The notes under the pieces are model-generated. The model did no database searches. It was not told the DNA's origin and saw nothing but the letters and a program-made list of their open reading frames with translations. A stretch of 61,718 nucleotides of DNA, counting the filler, from Choristocarpus tenellus KU-1152 (lineage: Eukaryota; Protista; Phaeophyceae), in assembly GCA_964200185.2 (NCBI GenBank). It is 12 parts of 12 records of this genome, joined end to end, with 100 filler letters (N's around TTAATTAATTAA, not from the genome) between each part and the next. Parts side by side here need not be neighbours in the genome. Positions count along the whole stretch, not along the records: positions 1 to 8,517 come from CAXNAD020004627.1; positions 8,618 to 11,454 come from CAXNAD020024308.1; 10 more parts are not named here. One strand, 5' to 3'. The stretch's first letter is position 1; each line of letters starts with the position of its first letter. A program made the translations under genes and the position numbers. Of the stretch, positions 1 to 11,554 are shown piece by piece.

Positions 1-73
1 CCTCTCTCTGTGCTCACATGCCCCTTTCTTCTCGTTGCGGGGCGGGGCGGCGTGGGGGTTGGGTGTTGGGGGT

Positions 74-108
<35 letters not shown>

Positions 109-463
109 TTATGTATAAGTTTGATTGGTTGCAGTGCATATTTGTGGGTGAACGGTTCTGGATGGTGCATAGATGTGCGTACTTCTGTGTTTGTGTGTAT
201 GTGTGTGTGTGTTTGCTATGGTTGGAAAGTGTTCCTTGTTCTTCGATACTTTTAAAGTAGTTTACGAATTTACCTTCTCGATCCTGTACCCCTTCTTGTC
301 ACATGTGCAATGTGATTGAAATGTATTGTACCTTTTGGTATCATTATCTCTGCTCCTCCTGTGCTCTGCCTTAAGTTGTTCCAGAAGAAACATGTGGCCC
401 GATTGAGTCAACAAATTTGACAAGTGCATGCATGCACTAGACACACGTATGATGTGTAAATGT

Positions 464-506
<43 letters not shown>

Positions 507-1081
507 NNNNNNNNNNAACAGACATCCCCTACAACAAAAAAAACTAAAAAGGTAAACGTATCCCTCCACCCACGCTATATTTTTATCTTTTTCCCCCCCC
601 CCCCCCCCCCCCCCTTCCCACTACTGAAATACCTTTTGCTCTCATTCTGAATGGTTCAGTTGTACAGCGATCACCTGAGGGTGATCCCAATGAAATGAGG
701 GGCAGGGATAGGGGATGTTGCATGAGAAATGCATCTCCCATTGGTGTAAAATTTTAGCATCTCCCCTCACGGTGTTTAGGTCTTGCGTTTTGCACTTCCA
801 GTTCTTCCTCAACAGGATGTCACGCCAACCTACTCCAACTCCAATTGGTTTTGTATGCGGCAGGGGGTATGGCGGTGATGCATAACCGCCTCCTTTTGTT
901 GTGGAGAATAAATACTTGATAAAAAATTCTGAACCATGGTGGCAGAAAAAGATCGTTCTAATACTCCCCCAGATATGCTACTACTAGTAGCATTTCCAAC
1001 CTTAGCACACCTTTTGATCATCTCGCATACCCCCATCGTGCTCTGCCCAAATGCGTTTTTTTTTTCTGCTGTCCTCAACAG

Positions 1082-1927
1082 TTGGCAGTTATCTCGGGTG
1101 TTGGTGTCAGAAGGTACTACGAGCGCTTCGGCTACCGCCCTGGGAAAGACTATCAGGTATCTAACTACCCCTCCCCATCCCTTCCGTAGGTGCGTTGAAA
1201 ATGTTCCCCAAGAATATACTTCTTTGGTGTAACAGAGGAGGTAACGAAATAACAAAATGTACTGTCTGTATGGATGGGTGCTGTGCAGCCAATCTTCTTT
1301 TTGAGTCATGGTGAGAGGTATGTGTGCATGATCTGGCCTCTTTTTGTTGTGTGGGTTTCTTTAGTCCCTATCCGGTACATTCTGTTTTCACACTTTGCAT
1401 GCACAGTAGAGGTCCGTGGAGATGAAGGTGTCGCTGCAGAAGAGGGCTTGGCAAGAAAAACCACCTCAATGGAGTGAAGGCCCTTTTTTTTCATGTACAA
1501 AAAGACACGTTTTGAGTCATTCCTGGGGATCCTTGTAGTGCAGCCCTATATATATACATATATACCTATATACCTCTCAGTTAGTATGACTCGTTGCAGA
1601 CCTCCCAGCATCCTCTTCAGTCCTAGGAGGAACATGTCACATCTCTGGGTACCCTAAGTAAAGGTTTTTATAGGATTCTCAACGTCAATGACTGTGCTCT
1701 TCTCAATAGAGTTTGTGCTGCAGCGATGACCAACTTTGCAAGAATATTTTTCCTCCCTCCAGGTGAAGGTTGTGGTCGACATTCAAAAGTGGGGTCTCAT
1801 TGCGGTGGGTTTGGTCGCTACAACCGCAGCGATGTTTGGAGGGCGTTTACGGGGAAGTGGGGGAAGGGGAGTTGCATTATTGTTGGGAGGGCTAGGTGCC
1901 GGGTTGTCCAAGGGAAGAACAAGCTGA
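1082..1927 (+). CDS. ELP3: Elongator subunit 3 (Elp3)-like acetyltransferase, last two exons (1082-1156, 1763-1927), partial
   Basis: Exon 1082-1156 (ctcaacag|TTG...CAG|gtatc) reads LAVISGVGVRRYYERFGYRPGKDYQ, matching the Elp3 C-terminal GNAT motif (K)IAVISGVGxRxYYxKxGY. It joins in phase 0 to ctccag|GTG at 1763, reading VKVVVDIQKWGLIAVGLVATTAAMFGGRLR...KGRTS*. Upstream exons were not found in the contig. Confidence 0.8.
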
Positions 1928-3015
1928 TAGCGTGGATGTTCTGAACCTGACTCTTGGGAACAATGAACAATTAGGTGTTTGCCACGCCTGTGCTAGAGTG
2001 ATATATTTAACTCTATCCTATGGAGTATGTTATGTTCGAAGCACTAATGTAGTGGCTGTAGGTTAATAGTGATTGTGAAGCAAGTTGCATCTTACTCTGG
2101 CTTGTAAACAGGAAAGGTTTTGACTGACGTATGCAATGCTTTGATACATTTTTATCATGAAGTAGCTTCTTCTACGCTGATCTATTGAATAGTATTTGCA
2201 TGGGTCATTTGGATTGTTATTGTATTATGTTGCGTCCTCTTTTGGGTTTGGTGAAAAGGAACATCCAAGAGAACACAGCAAAGTCAACAATAGAGTCGAT
2301 GTTTCTTTCAACAAATACCTTCCTTCCTATGCAACAGCCATACGTATTATTACTATTGACACTATTATTGCATGAGACTGTCTATGAGGGGAATTGGTTT
2401 CGGACGTTTCCGGTTTTTTACAACCTCTTCAAAACATTTAACAATATACTTAAATGCCCATGCATGAAATGCAGAAAACAACTTGCTTCGGAAGGTGTGA
2501 CTGTGTTGATGAGAAAATGCGATAGCCGAAAGGGCCCAAAACGGTGCTCGAGAGCAAATGTAGCACAAGAGGCCCTTGAAACTCAACAGCATTCCCTTGT
2601 CACAGTGGTGTATTACTCATTATTTTGTTATTATTATAGCTCCGTAGGTCAGTCAGCATTGGACTGTTGAACTCCACTCCATTGCTCCAACCACCCCGCC
2701 TTGATTACCCCACTGGAACCAAGAAGTTAGAACTGTGTACAAGGCACCACCACACAATAGTACAGTAGTACTATTATTAGTTCATTTTGAGCACCCTATA
2801 GTGGATCAACTTGGTGCCTCGTCCAGGTAAGGAAATATAGGCGAAAAATCGACGGGTGCCGATCTTGAGGACAAATTGTAGATTCCGAGCATTAACATGT
2901 TGAGGGGTGGAAGGAATTGGCATCAATTACACTTTCAACTGTTTTCAGTATGACCATACACTGTTATCTGATTTCTTTCAGTCATAAACCCTTGTTCCGA
3001 CTTCATCATTACATT

Positions 3016-3600
3016 ATATTATTATTATTATTATGCAACTCTGTCAGAAAAATAAAAACTGTATCACAAGCATCATTGGGGAAAAAATAGTGGTCATTAA
3101 GGGCAAGATACCTCTAAAAAAGGTTTCACTATTTGAACACTACAATACAACAATGCCCCCTTAAATGTTGGTAACTACGAACTTAATTGTACGCTGACTG
3201 GTAAGCTTCTAACCTAGCTTAGCCCCACTAAGCTGGGGAAGAAGGTAAGGAAGCATCCCAAGAATTTGACAGACCCCTTCTTGCTACCTGGTGTCTCCAG
3301 CTTGAAACACATGATGATGCGTCTCTTGAGTCACTTAATGCAGTGACAGACACTGTCACAATTGGGACTTGAAATTTATCCTCCAGCATCTCTCCCCTGT
3401 ACTGCATGGTTGGCTAACTCACCCAACAAGTTTTCTTCCTACTTTCCATAACGCCCAAAAACTTTTCACCACGAAGGTGTTGAGATCTAAGTACAAGGGT
3501 CAATAAAACCCTTGTACTGGGTACACGTTCATGCCTTGGTGCACATCTACACCATTCATAGGTGGTGAATGAGTCGGGTAGATGACAAATTACATGTACT
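3016..3600 (-). mobile_element. Degraded 3' part of a CRE/RLE-type non-LTR retrotransposon
   Basis: The reverse strand aligns by eye to 5830-6130 (ctcaacaccttc.tggtg.aa..., attcttgggatgcttcc.tacct) and ends in (TAA)n at about 3016-3034. Confidence 0.65.
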
Positions 3601-4459
3601 TTTACGAAAGCAACATCATTCCAACTATATTTCCCTCATCTCGTCTTTTCACATGGTATGTCACAGGCATGAACCTCAAGTCATTCAATATTAGCAATAT
3701 ACTGTGTGTTCTAGTATGTGCTTGTACCAAGTCTACATTTTCTTTTTTTATATAGACTTGACTTATCACCATGCCGAAACAATGCCAATGATGATGTGGT
3801 TGGGATGATGCATTCGCTCGTGTTACTACTTCAGCAGAAAAGATCAACTCGGCCTTAAATTGGCAAAAGGTAGTGTCAACCTAGAGTGAAAGCTGAAATC
3901 TACCTCAGCCAATCCCCCACAAAAAATAAAAATGTGAGTGGTGAGGGATATGATGAAGGGTTTTGTATGTGGGTGTTGTTGTCACTCACTATAGTAACAC
4001 TGTGGCTGAAAATTGACAGTAGATAGGTAATAATCGACACCTCCCCAAATTTATTCGGCGGAATCTATCTCTGATTTTATGTGTAAAAATAATGGAGTAG
4101 CCTGCACATTTTGGAGTCTTCTATGCATATTGCCCTACTAACAAAATAACTATTTGGTGATCCAAATGAACCAAGCTATTCTGTCAAGCAAAGTGAGGTC
4201 AAGAAAAGTCACATGTTGTGGTAAAGCTGATGGAGGACTGGGGAAGCGAGAGGTAACAAAACTAGTAGTGGTATTCATTCATTGCTGTAGCTATGAGGTA
4301 TTTTCACAAAAAAACTTATTTGTTTGCTACCTAGTTAGCTATTTATCCCTAAACCTTTATTGGTTGTAGTCAAATATGTTATGTTAGGGTTAGTTGAAGC
4401 TTGAATACCTATCCTGACCCCTTAACCCCTATTTTGACTTATGAGAATGCTGGACATTA

Positions 4460-5100
4460 TTACGTTTTCCATGTTGATTGTTGATTTCCAATAAATACAT
4501 CCTGAAAATAACAGAAAATTGCCGAAAAGGTAGTTAGAGTCATGGTGTCCTGAGATAATGACCCCTTAAACAACTCCATCAATAACATCATCTTCTTTAT
4601 TTTTTTATTTGACCTACACGTATGATATATAGAGAAGCTACGAGGTTCATAGTACTCGTCCAATGTGTCCATGATGGTTCTTCATCTCTCGTGCTCCATC
4701 ATTATCTCCAGCTCCGTCCCCTTACAGCCACTCAGAAGGGTCATGCCCCCCCTGTTGATAATATCTCGTTTATTCGCGCTCCCGTTGTCTACTCCTTCCT
4801 GCAGATGATCCATCTCCCCGCTGAACGCACTGGATATCCTAATCACCGTAATAAAAGCGTGAAAACGAGTTTTCCATGCAATCCATTCTTCGATCTCACC
4901 GTTCCACACGGGCACCTCCAACCTGTATGTTGAATCCTTGCTCCTCTGCAGGGGTTGTGATTGTACCTGTTGCTCCCATTGTACCGACCATCCCATCGTG
5001 ACCTGCCTTATTTGCTGGGTCAACGCAACGCAGCTTCCACTGGGCTAACTACGGCCAAGACCACGCACTTGCATAACTGTGCCTCGACTCTCTCTACCAG
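4460..5100 (-). mobile_element. LTR-retrotransposon gag-like relic
   Basis: Broken frames give VPVWNGEIEEWIAWKTRFHAF and IMDTLDEYYEP, which resemble gag N-terminal motifs. In-frame stops are present. Confidence 0.4.
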
Positions 5101-5679
5101 CTTCGATTCAACGGCTGCCTTAATGTCTGCCAACATGCTTCGGTCACCCCCCAAAGTCATTACGTCCCTGACCCTTCTTTTTGATGCCTCATCAAATCAA
5201 GTGGTTCGCGCAGTACCTCCCCAGTCCGTCATACACTTCAGAGAAGATAGATCTTTTTAAAACGACTTCGCACCTTCCCAAAGAGTGTACTCCTTCATCG
5301 TACATAGTAAAGAAAAATATGATGTAGAATGTGCTTTATTGAGTTACGACGAAGAGTGAATCTTAATCTATAAAGGGGAGTAGTTCCTAATCTATGCAAC
5401 GAATGTTCGTATAAGGAGATGCTTAGAAATACAGTACACACTAAATAAATGTTGCTATTAGTATCCATGAAGTAGGAATTATGTATATTGCAAGATGATG
5501 TGTATGGAACGGTACACTAGTGATGGATCAGGACATTGGAGTATAGTGTCGGCAACTATGCAAAGGAATGAGTATCCCTTGCAGCCCCTTCACTATAGAC
5601 AGGAATTTCCGCATGGATCTGGTCCATCATACTGGTGCACTTACTTGCGGACACCGGATCAGCTTCTTGTAGAGATAAA

Positions 5680-6310
5680 GGCCTCCTCCTGGACGTTACT
5701 TTTGCTGAAATGCAGGCAGCATCTCACCTGCCACACTCATCCACCAGCAATGAATGGTATAGCTCCTCCAGCAGCTGAGATGCGAAAGCACACCGTCTGC
5801 GAGGACTCTTTTGATCCTCATAGTCATAACCTCAACACCTTCCTGGTGGAATGTTTCGAGCGCCTCGGTAATCAAGCGGAAATTTTCCTGGATGAGCTAG
5901 CTACGCACGCGGTAGGGGGGAGAGAAACTGGAGGCTACAGGAGGAAAAGGGCGGTCAAATCCCGAATACGACAAACAGTCTCTGTAACAACGCAGGTGAC
6001 CCTGTCTAGACTATTATTATGCGTTTTAAGTTAGAGACACTAGGGAGATGGGCAAGAAGGGGCTTATTAGATTCTTGGGATGCTTCCCTACCTCCTCACC
6101 CTGGGGTGCAGGAATAGCTAGGTTGGAGACAGAGGAAGGCAGTGGTACAGCATATTAATAGGTGGTAGTAAAATAGTAAATAGATCAATGTTTTTCACAA
6201 TTATGACAACTGTTACTTTTTTAGGGATTTTCAAAAATGTGAATAGTTTTCATTGGTTTTTCCCCTGACAGATCTACAAAATGTTACAAGAAAAAATAAT
6301 AAAATAGTGT
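5680..6310 (+). mobile_element. CRE/RLE-type non-LTR retrotransposon 3' end: restriction-like endonuclease pseudogene plus 3' UTR
   Basis: LLLDVTFAEMQAASHL is followed after a frameshift by AAEMRKH...LNTFLVECFERLGNQAEIFLDELATHAVGG...KSRIRQTVSVTTQVTLSR. This matches the RLE domain pattern of brown-algal elements (DVT...RK...LAVESFGRLG...ISVTTQVAISR). The UTR ends in a hairpin and an A/T-rich tail. Confidence 0.75.
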
Positions 6311-6329
6311 AAGAGGGTAAAATAAATAT

Positions 6330-6705
6330 CTTTTATTATTATGTTCTGTGACATTTTTCAGATGTGTTAGGGGAAATACCAATAAAAAACAATTTAAATG
6401 GCAAAACACATCAAAATTAATAATTGTCGTAAATGTGGAAGACATTCTCCTATCTATACTACAACATAGATATTATAGATAGATAGTGGTGAAGTAACAA
6501 ATAGATTAGTGTTTTTCACAATTATGACATTTTATTTCTTTAGGGCTTCTTATACTGACATGTATGTGTGCACTTTTCATTGGTTTCCCCCGTGACACAT
6601 CCATATGTCAGAGGGCATTATAATAAATATAGTGATAATGTAGTTCATTGGTTTCCCCCCTGACACATCTGCAAAATGTCAGAGGGCATAATTATAAAAT
6701 AATGA
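6330..6705. mobile_element. Three stacked 5'-truncated 3'-end copies of the same RLE element (about 6330-6475 on -, 6480-6630 and 6640-6705 on +)
   Basis: Each carries ttcattggtttcccc(c)tgacaca...tgtcagagggcataat or its reverse complement. Confidence 0.75.
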
Positions 6706-6869
6706 AGTAACATTCTAGGAAATGTGTCGGTGATTTAACGAATTGGTTGAAAAGGTGATTATAAAGATATTCTGAAACAGATTTATGTCAACAATATAGT
6801 GAACCAAAACTGATGACTCAAGTACCTAAAAGGATTTGATCCCATTTCATGGACATTCCTTTGATGGCA

Positions 6870-7700
6870 TACTCATTCATTTAGGGTAAGGTGGAAGCCA
6901 CCATTGTTTCTATCATCATGCCTGACCCACATAACACGTTTCACCTCTCTCGAACACGAGGAAGATGGAATCAATATATAATGTAGAAACTCGTTGCTGT
7001 AGCCACAGCTTTGCCTACAACAGTAGGTTCTCCTGTCAACTGTTACATTTATAGGACTGGTAGTAGGAAAGTGTTTAGTTGATGCTCTCACCACAATCAA
7101 GGCTCCCGAATTTTTGAGAGAATAATTAATTCTGTCTCACTCAGGTATTCATTGACTGTAAATGATATCACTGTACTACCAAGATACCACAAGTACTTTT
7201 GAGATAAATCAGGGGTTGCCATCGCCATGTGATAATTGGTAGGTAGAGTACACGCATACCTTATGCCGCAGTCTTTTTTTGCTTCAATATTTCCTTGAAA
7301 AAATAGTATGATGATAGTGCAGATGATGTGCCGGGGGGATAGAAACTTGAAGCATTTGGTGATATTTTGACCAGTTGTGGTCGGACTGTTAGAACTTGGC
7401 CACAGAGATATCAAGTACATTACGTATCTCACTAATTTCACCCAGAAAATTACAACCTGAATTTCCATTTCCACGGCAACTCACAGGTCGCCATGCATGG
7501 CCTTGGTAATAATGGGAAGGAGAGTACATGTATACCAAACGTCGCAACCCCTGCTTAGAGTAGCTCCCCTAGGGACAAGACACCAACAGAATATATGCAA
7601 AGTGCAGGGGTACACCACACATGAACACTTGAAGCATCTGATTGATACCTGACTAGTTGTGGTGGAGCTATGGGGTTGAGGGCACATGTATGCCAACTGC
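6870..7700 (-). mobile_element. Possible Ty1/copia gag-protease relic with a duplicated zinc-knuckle-like segment
   Basis: Two related segments about 265-280 bp apart read SIRCFKC and ITKCFKFLSPRHIIC. After a frameshift the sequence reads (W)IVVRASTKHF, resembling the copia protease motif WIVDSGA(T/S)xH. Heavily decayed. Confidence 0.35.
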
Positions 7701-8293
7701 ATCTAGACCTAACTGATCCCGTTGAGAAGGTATAACCTGACATATTTCCCCAAAACACTTTCACTTAAAGGCTGTGCCAATATTGAAACTATAAGCTATT
7801 CATGCAATTCATTCTGGTTTCGGCAGATAATAGGTCAAGAGATCTGTTGGAGGTGCAAGCAGGACAGTTTAGAATTGTGGATAGATGTCGGATAACTAGG
7901 AGAGTTCTCAACGAGGAAAAGGGGAGGGAAGGTACGTAGGAAATTGTAGCATACTACGGGATACAGTGGAGTCCTAGCATTTCAGAGTGGGAGAGAATCA
8001 ATAAATTACTCACAGGTAGATATTCTAGAGCTTGGGACCCAACAGGGAGAGTACAAAGAAAATAGGGTGGGGGGTGGAGGGTAGGTTGGGGAGTGGGAAC
8101 AACAGTGGTGCAAGTTCATTAGGAAGGGGTAGAAGTGTGGAAGCTAGTAGATGATGTACTATAGGGAAGGGTATGGGTTTCCTCCAACAGCACGGCACAC
8201 AAGATGTCAAGATGAAGGTGGTGACCATTAGGTGGTGTTCATGAACCCTTCCAAGGTGAGGAAAACTATTACCCCATATGCCAGAACGACAGT

Positions 8294-8490
8294 GAACCAA
8301 AGTAGACGAGAGGTACCCAGGCTTTACCCGTTTGGCATTGTAATCCAGTTTTTCAATCTTTTGCAATAACCATTATTTCTATGGATGAAGTGCTTACATT
8401 GACTTGAGACCACTGATTTCTCTATTATTAAAAATTCTCTACAGAATTCAGAAATCCCCTAAACGTATTTGTATACACACAGAGACACAT
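8294..8490 (+). mobile_element. MITE family B, left part
   Basis: Begins gaaccaaagtagacgagaggtacccagg and is colinear with 24927-25083 plus 25345 onward. Confidence 0.7.
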
Positions 8491-8491
8491 T

Positions 8492-8517
8492 GGGTCAAAG
8501 TATCTGGGGGGGGGGGA
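8492..8517 (+). mobile_element. MITE family C terminus, cut by the contig end
   Basis: gggtcaaagtatctggggggg is the family C TIR. Confidence 0.6.
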
Positions 8518-8617
8518 NNNNNNNNNNNNNNNNNNNNNNNNNNNNNNNNNNNNNNNNNNNNTTAATTAATTAANNNNNNNNNNNNNNNNNNNNNNNNNNN
8601 NNNNNNNNNNNNNNNNN
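8518..8617. other. Artificial contig-joining linker N44-TTAATTAATTAA-N44 (first of 11)
   Basis: An identical 100-nt spacer with stop codons in all six frames starts at 8518, 11455, 20767, 24184, 26927, 30529, 35777, 41048, 47789, 50665 and 56085. A separate 10-N gap lies at 507-516. Confidence 0.97.
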
Positions 8618-10650
8618 AAGCAATCTCGCCAGGTTTATCACCTTTATGTTCTTTGATGATTTTGGGGATACTTTAACATAAGAAACGTTGTGCAGGCAGT
8701 TTGAATCCAAATTATTATTTGTGGTGGTAATGGATCGCAGAAATCTTACCCTTGATTATGCTTTCCTGGTTCCCCTTACTCCGCAACAAAAACACATGAC
8801 CTCTACCTAGACCTTCACTACGTATAGCTCCCCACTCCTGGGGTTCAACCACCTACTCAATCCTCTGTACCTACTGAACTCAGAAGCTCCATCCCTCCCC
8901 TTTCACTACACTTGGTGTAATGTCTTTCTTCACACTAACTGGGAAATCATATATTTACCCCCTACCCATCTCTACGTTGTATCCCTACTGCTGTTAAGCA
9001 CCCTTCTGAGAACTAAGTTGTCATTAGTGGTCTCCTTACGAAACCCCAAAAGGATTTACTCAGGTTTCACCCTTTCTCTGCCTGTCCCCACTCTTCTACC
9101 CGCCTCCACCAGTAAAAGCCTTCCCTGAATTCCCTTCCTATCCTCACCTGTATGTTTATTACCCTTACTCCTGCACTCGGTTCTCTCTGACCCCTGCCTT
9201 GCACTATCCTGTCCAACCAGCTCTCATTTTGGTATAGGCCCCAACAGATATGCCAGCCGCCAGAGAAATAATCGGCCCGGTTGGATAACGTAAGACACAT
9301 GGAGAAGTTATCCTACCAATACCCACAAATCCGTACCTATGCTACTGACCTAGACTCTGACCCCTCCTCTAACAGCCCCTTTAATCCCCTTAATTTTTAT
9401 TTCTGTCACCACATTCGTCATAACCCCTGTGTCAGTCTTCCACCCAACTACTACTTTTGTGGTATGCCACCCCAGAACCTTTCTAACTGACAAATTGGAG
9501 TGTTCTCCTCCTTCCCTAGAGCCTACCGATCGTGTACGGTCAGACACTAAGGAATTAGCTGCCAATTGCAATCGCTTCCCATCTTCAAAACTATTGAATC
9601 TCTACATGAATACTATCATCCAAATACATTCTTGCAAGGAATTGGTCATGTACCCCGCCAAACAAGTCATGGAACCTTCCATGTCTCATCCAACTCACAT
9701 ACCCTCCATGTGTCTTTTCTGTGAGGACTGTGCCACATGTGCTCTAATTCTTCGGGCTTCAGCGATTACAATGGCAGACAAGGGATTTGTTTTTTGCTAA
9801 GAGAATTCCAGGGCACTTGCCACAAGGTCCCGCCATCCTTGACTACTCCTCCATCCAATCTGAAGCCTAAAATCTATCATGACAAATTACCAGTAGAATA
9901 TCAAAACCTAACCGCCCCTTCGGATCATCTGGTACTTGGTCAAAGGTATTCTTAATTCCCATGTTGCTAATTCTTGCCTTTGGAAGCTTCTTCCGTAAAC
10001 CCATTATCCTATTGATCGCGTCTAACTTAACACCGTACCACAGTGCAAAGGGAAACACCCTCAAAGTCCGTTTCTGCACTCACACCAGGTCCCCAACTAT
10101 CCTGCTGACACGACAAAATTTTAACAATCCTAACCTTGGTCGGTTCTGGGACAATTTACACTGTGGACAGACGAAGTTATGGAATCTTCGCGGTTGCCCA
10201 TTTGGGAAGCTCTAATTCCCTAAACCATATCTTCTACCACTAAAAAAATAATGCTCCTTCCCGATTATCTACACTCCTGTGGTTCCCGTCCTTGAGTCTA
10301 CCTTCGACCCTGCGATCCCCTCTCTAACATTTACTGATACTCCTTCTTGTACTACATTTTGCAGTCTCCCTATCTGTGCAAAAGCAATCATTTTTCCAAA
10401 GTGGTCTTCAATCCTACCCCAATTAATGTCTTCAATCCTCTGTCCCAAACTAGATACCAATCATTGCAAATCCCCCCCACGCTCATCCATTAACCCTTCT
10501 CCCTTTCTTGCTAACTCCCTTATATCCTGCTTCTTCTTTTTTTTCGATGCCTCCTCCTCACCCTTTAGCCTTTCCCAAGTCCCAATCAAATTTTCATTTC
10601 TGTTTAGACCAATGAACCCCCTCCCCCTCTACCTTGGATTGACCGTGGAG
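8618..10650 (-). mobile_element. DIRS/Ngaro-like (tyrosine-recombinase retrotransposon) RT-RNase H relic
   Basis: Broken minus-strand frames give AINRIMGLRKKLPKARISNMGIKNTFDQVPDDP, IDFRLQIGWRSSQGW.DLVASALE, KVLGWHTTKVVVGWKTDT and IGREFREGFYWWR. These match the order and motifs of brown-algal DIRS/Ngaro RT (AFRQV...RLQFGWRxSPG...EVLGWxIDT). Many stops and frameshifts. Confidence 0.7.
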
Positions 10651-11381
10651 TGACTGTAGTGACTGTGACTGTGATCTCAGTATCCCTATTGACAGATGAA
10701 TGTTCTGGGGCAACGTTGATGTCCAGGGTCTTGTTTAACCAGTCCACCCTTGTGGGAGATGGGCCCATGTCCACAGGGGTCATGATGCCTCCTTTTCTAT
10801 TCCCTCGCTTTTCTTCTCCTTTCCACCATTGCCTAGTATCCCCTTGCTTTCCCCTTCTTCGAAATGGTCGAGCTTTCAGTACCCGTTACGTTTCGAGAAG
10901 TCGCTCTCCCTCCCTGCCACAAATACAATGTACGGATCGTATTCCCTCCCTTCTCTCGATGAGCTATCTTCTTATACCCATTCTTCAGACTTTGGGGACT
11001 TTAACGACTGTTGCTCACCCCACATACCCGTCCTCTTCATGAATCTTGACCTAGGTTCTGTGTTATATCGAGATGGTAGCATGTGCCTAGCCTGGCTCTG
11101 GATTATGTCCAGCATCTTAGACTATGGCAAGCGAGGGAGGGGGAAGCCACACTTCAGGGGCTGGGGGCACAGCACACTTGTGACCTATTTTTTGTGCTGC
11201 CCGTGACGATTCGTTTGACCGTGTCTAGATCTTCCCCAACTACTCGATAGGTTAAGATCTACAATTCTCTGGTGGTCAATAAATACTGGTTTGTTAGCAC
11301 TGGAGAACGTTCATACCTTCCTTCTCGCCTCCACTAGTTCTTCGATTACCTTGGCTGTCCTCCTCTATCTTGTCTTCCTTT

Positions 11382-11454
11382 GGCTCAAAGTATCTGGGAG
11401 GGAGTGGCGGCTGTCCATTTGGGGTCAATTTTTTCATCTCACGATTTTTGGGTG
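11382..11454 (+). mobile_element. MITE family C, left end
   Basis: ggctcaaagtatctgggagggagtggcggctgtccatttgggg; colinear with 24020 onward. Confidence 0.75.
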
Positions 11455-11554
11455 NNNNNNNNNNNNNNNNNNNNNNNNNNNNNNNNNNNNNNNNNNNNTT
11501 AATTAATTAANNNNNNNNNNNNNNNNNNNNNNNNNNNNNNNNNNNNNNNNNNNN

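Noticed and set aside
262-420. Possible minus-strand exon ending AAG|gtaaat
   Set aside because: No clear acceptor, partner exon or domain; it probably lies in an ELP3 intron.
830-1309. 159-aa minus-strand ORF
   Set aside because: It is antisense to the ELP3 exon and has no recognisable motif.
8562-8573. Recurrent TTAATTAATTAA palindrome as a biological motif
   Set aside because: It is always centred in exactly 44+44 Ns, so it is an assembly linker.
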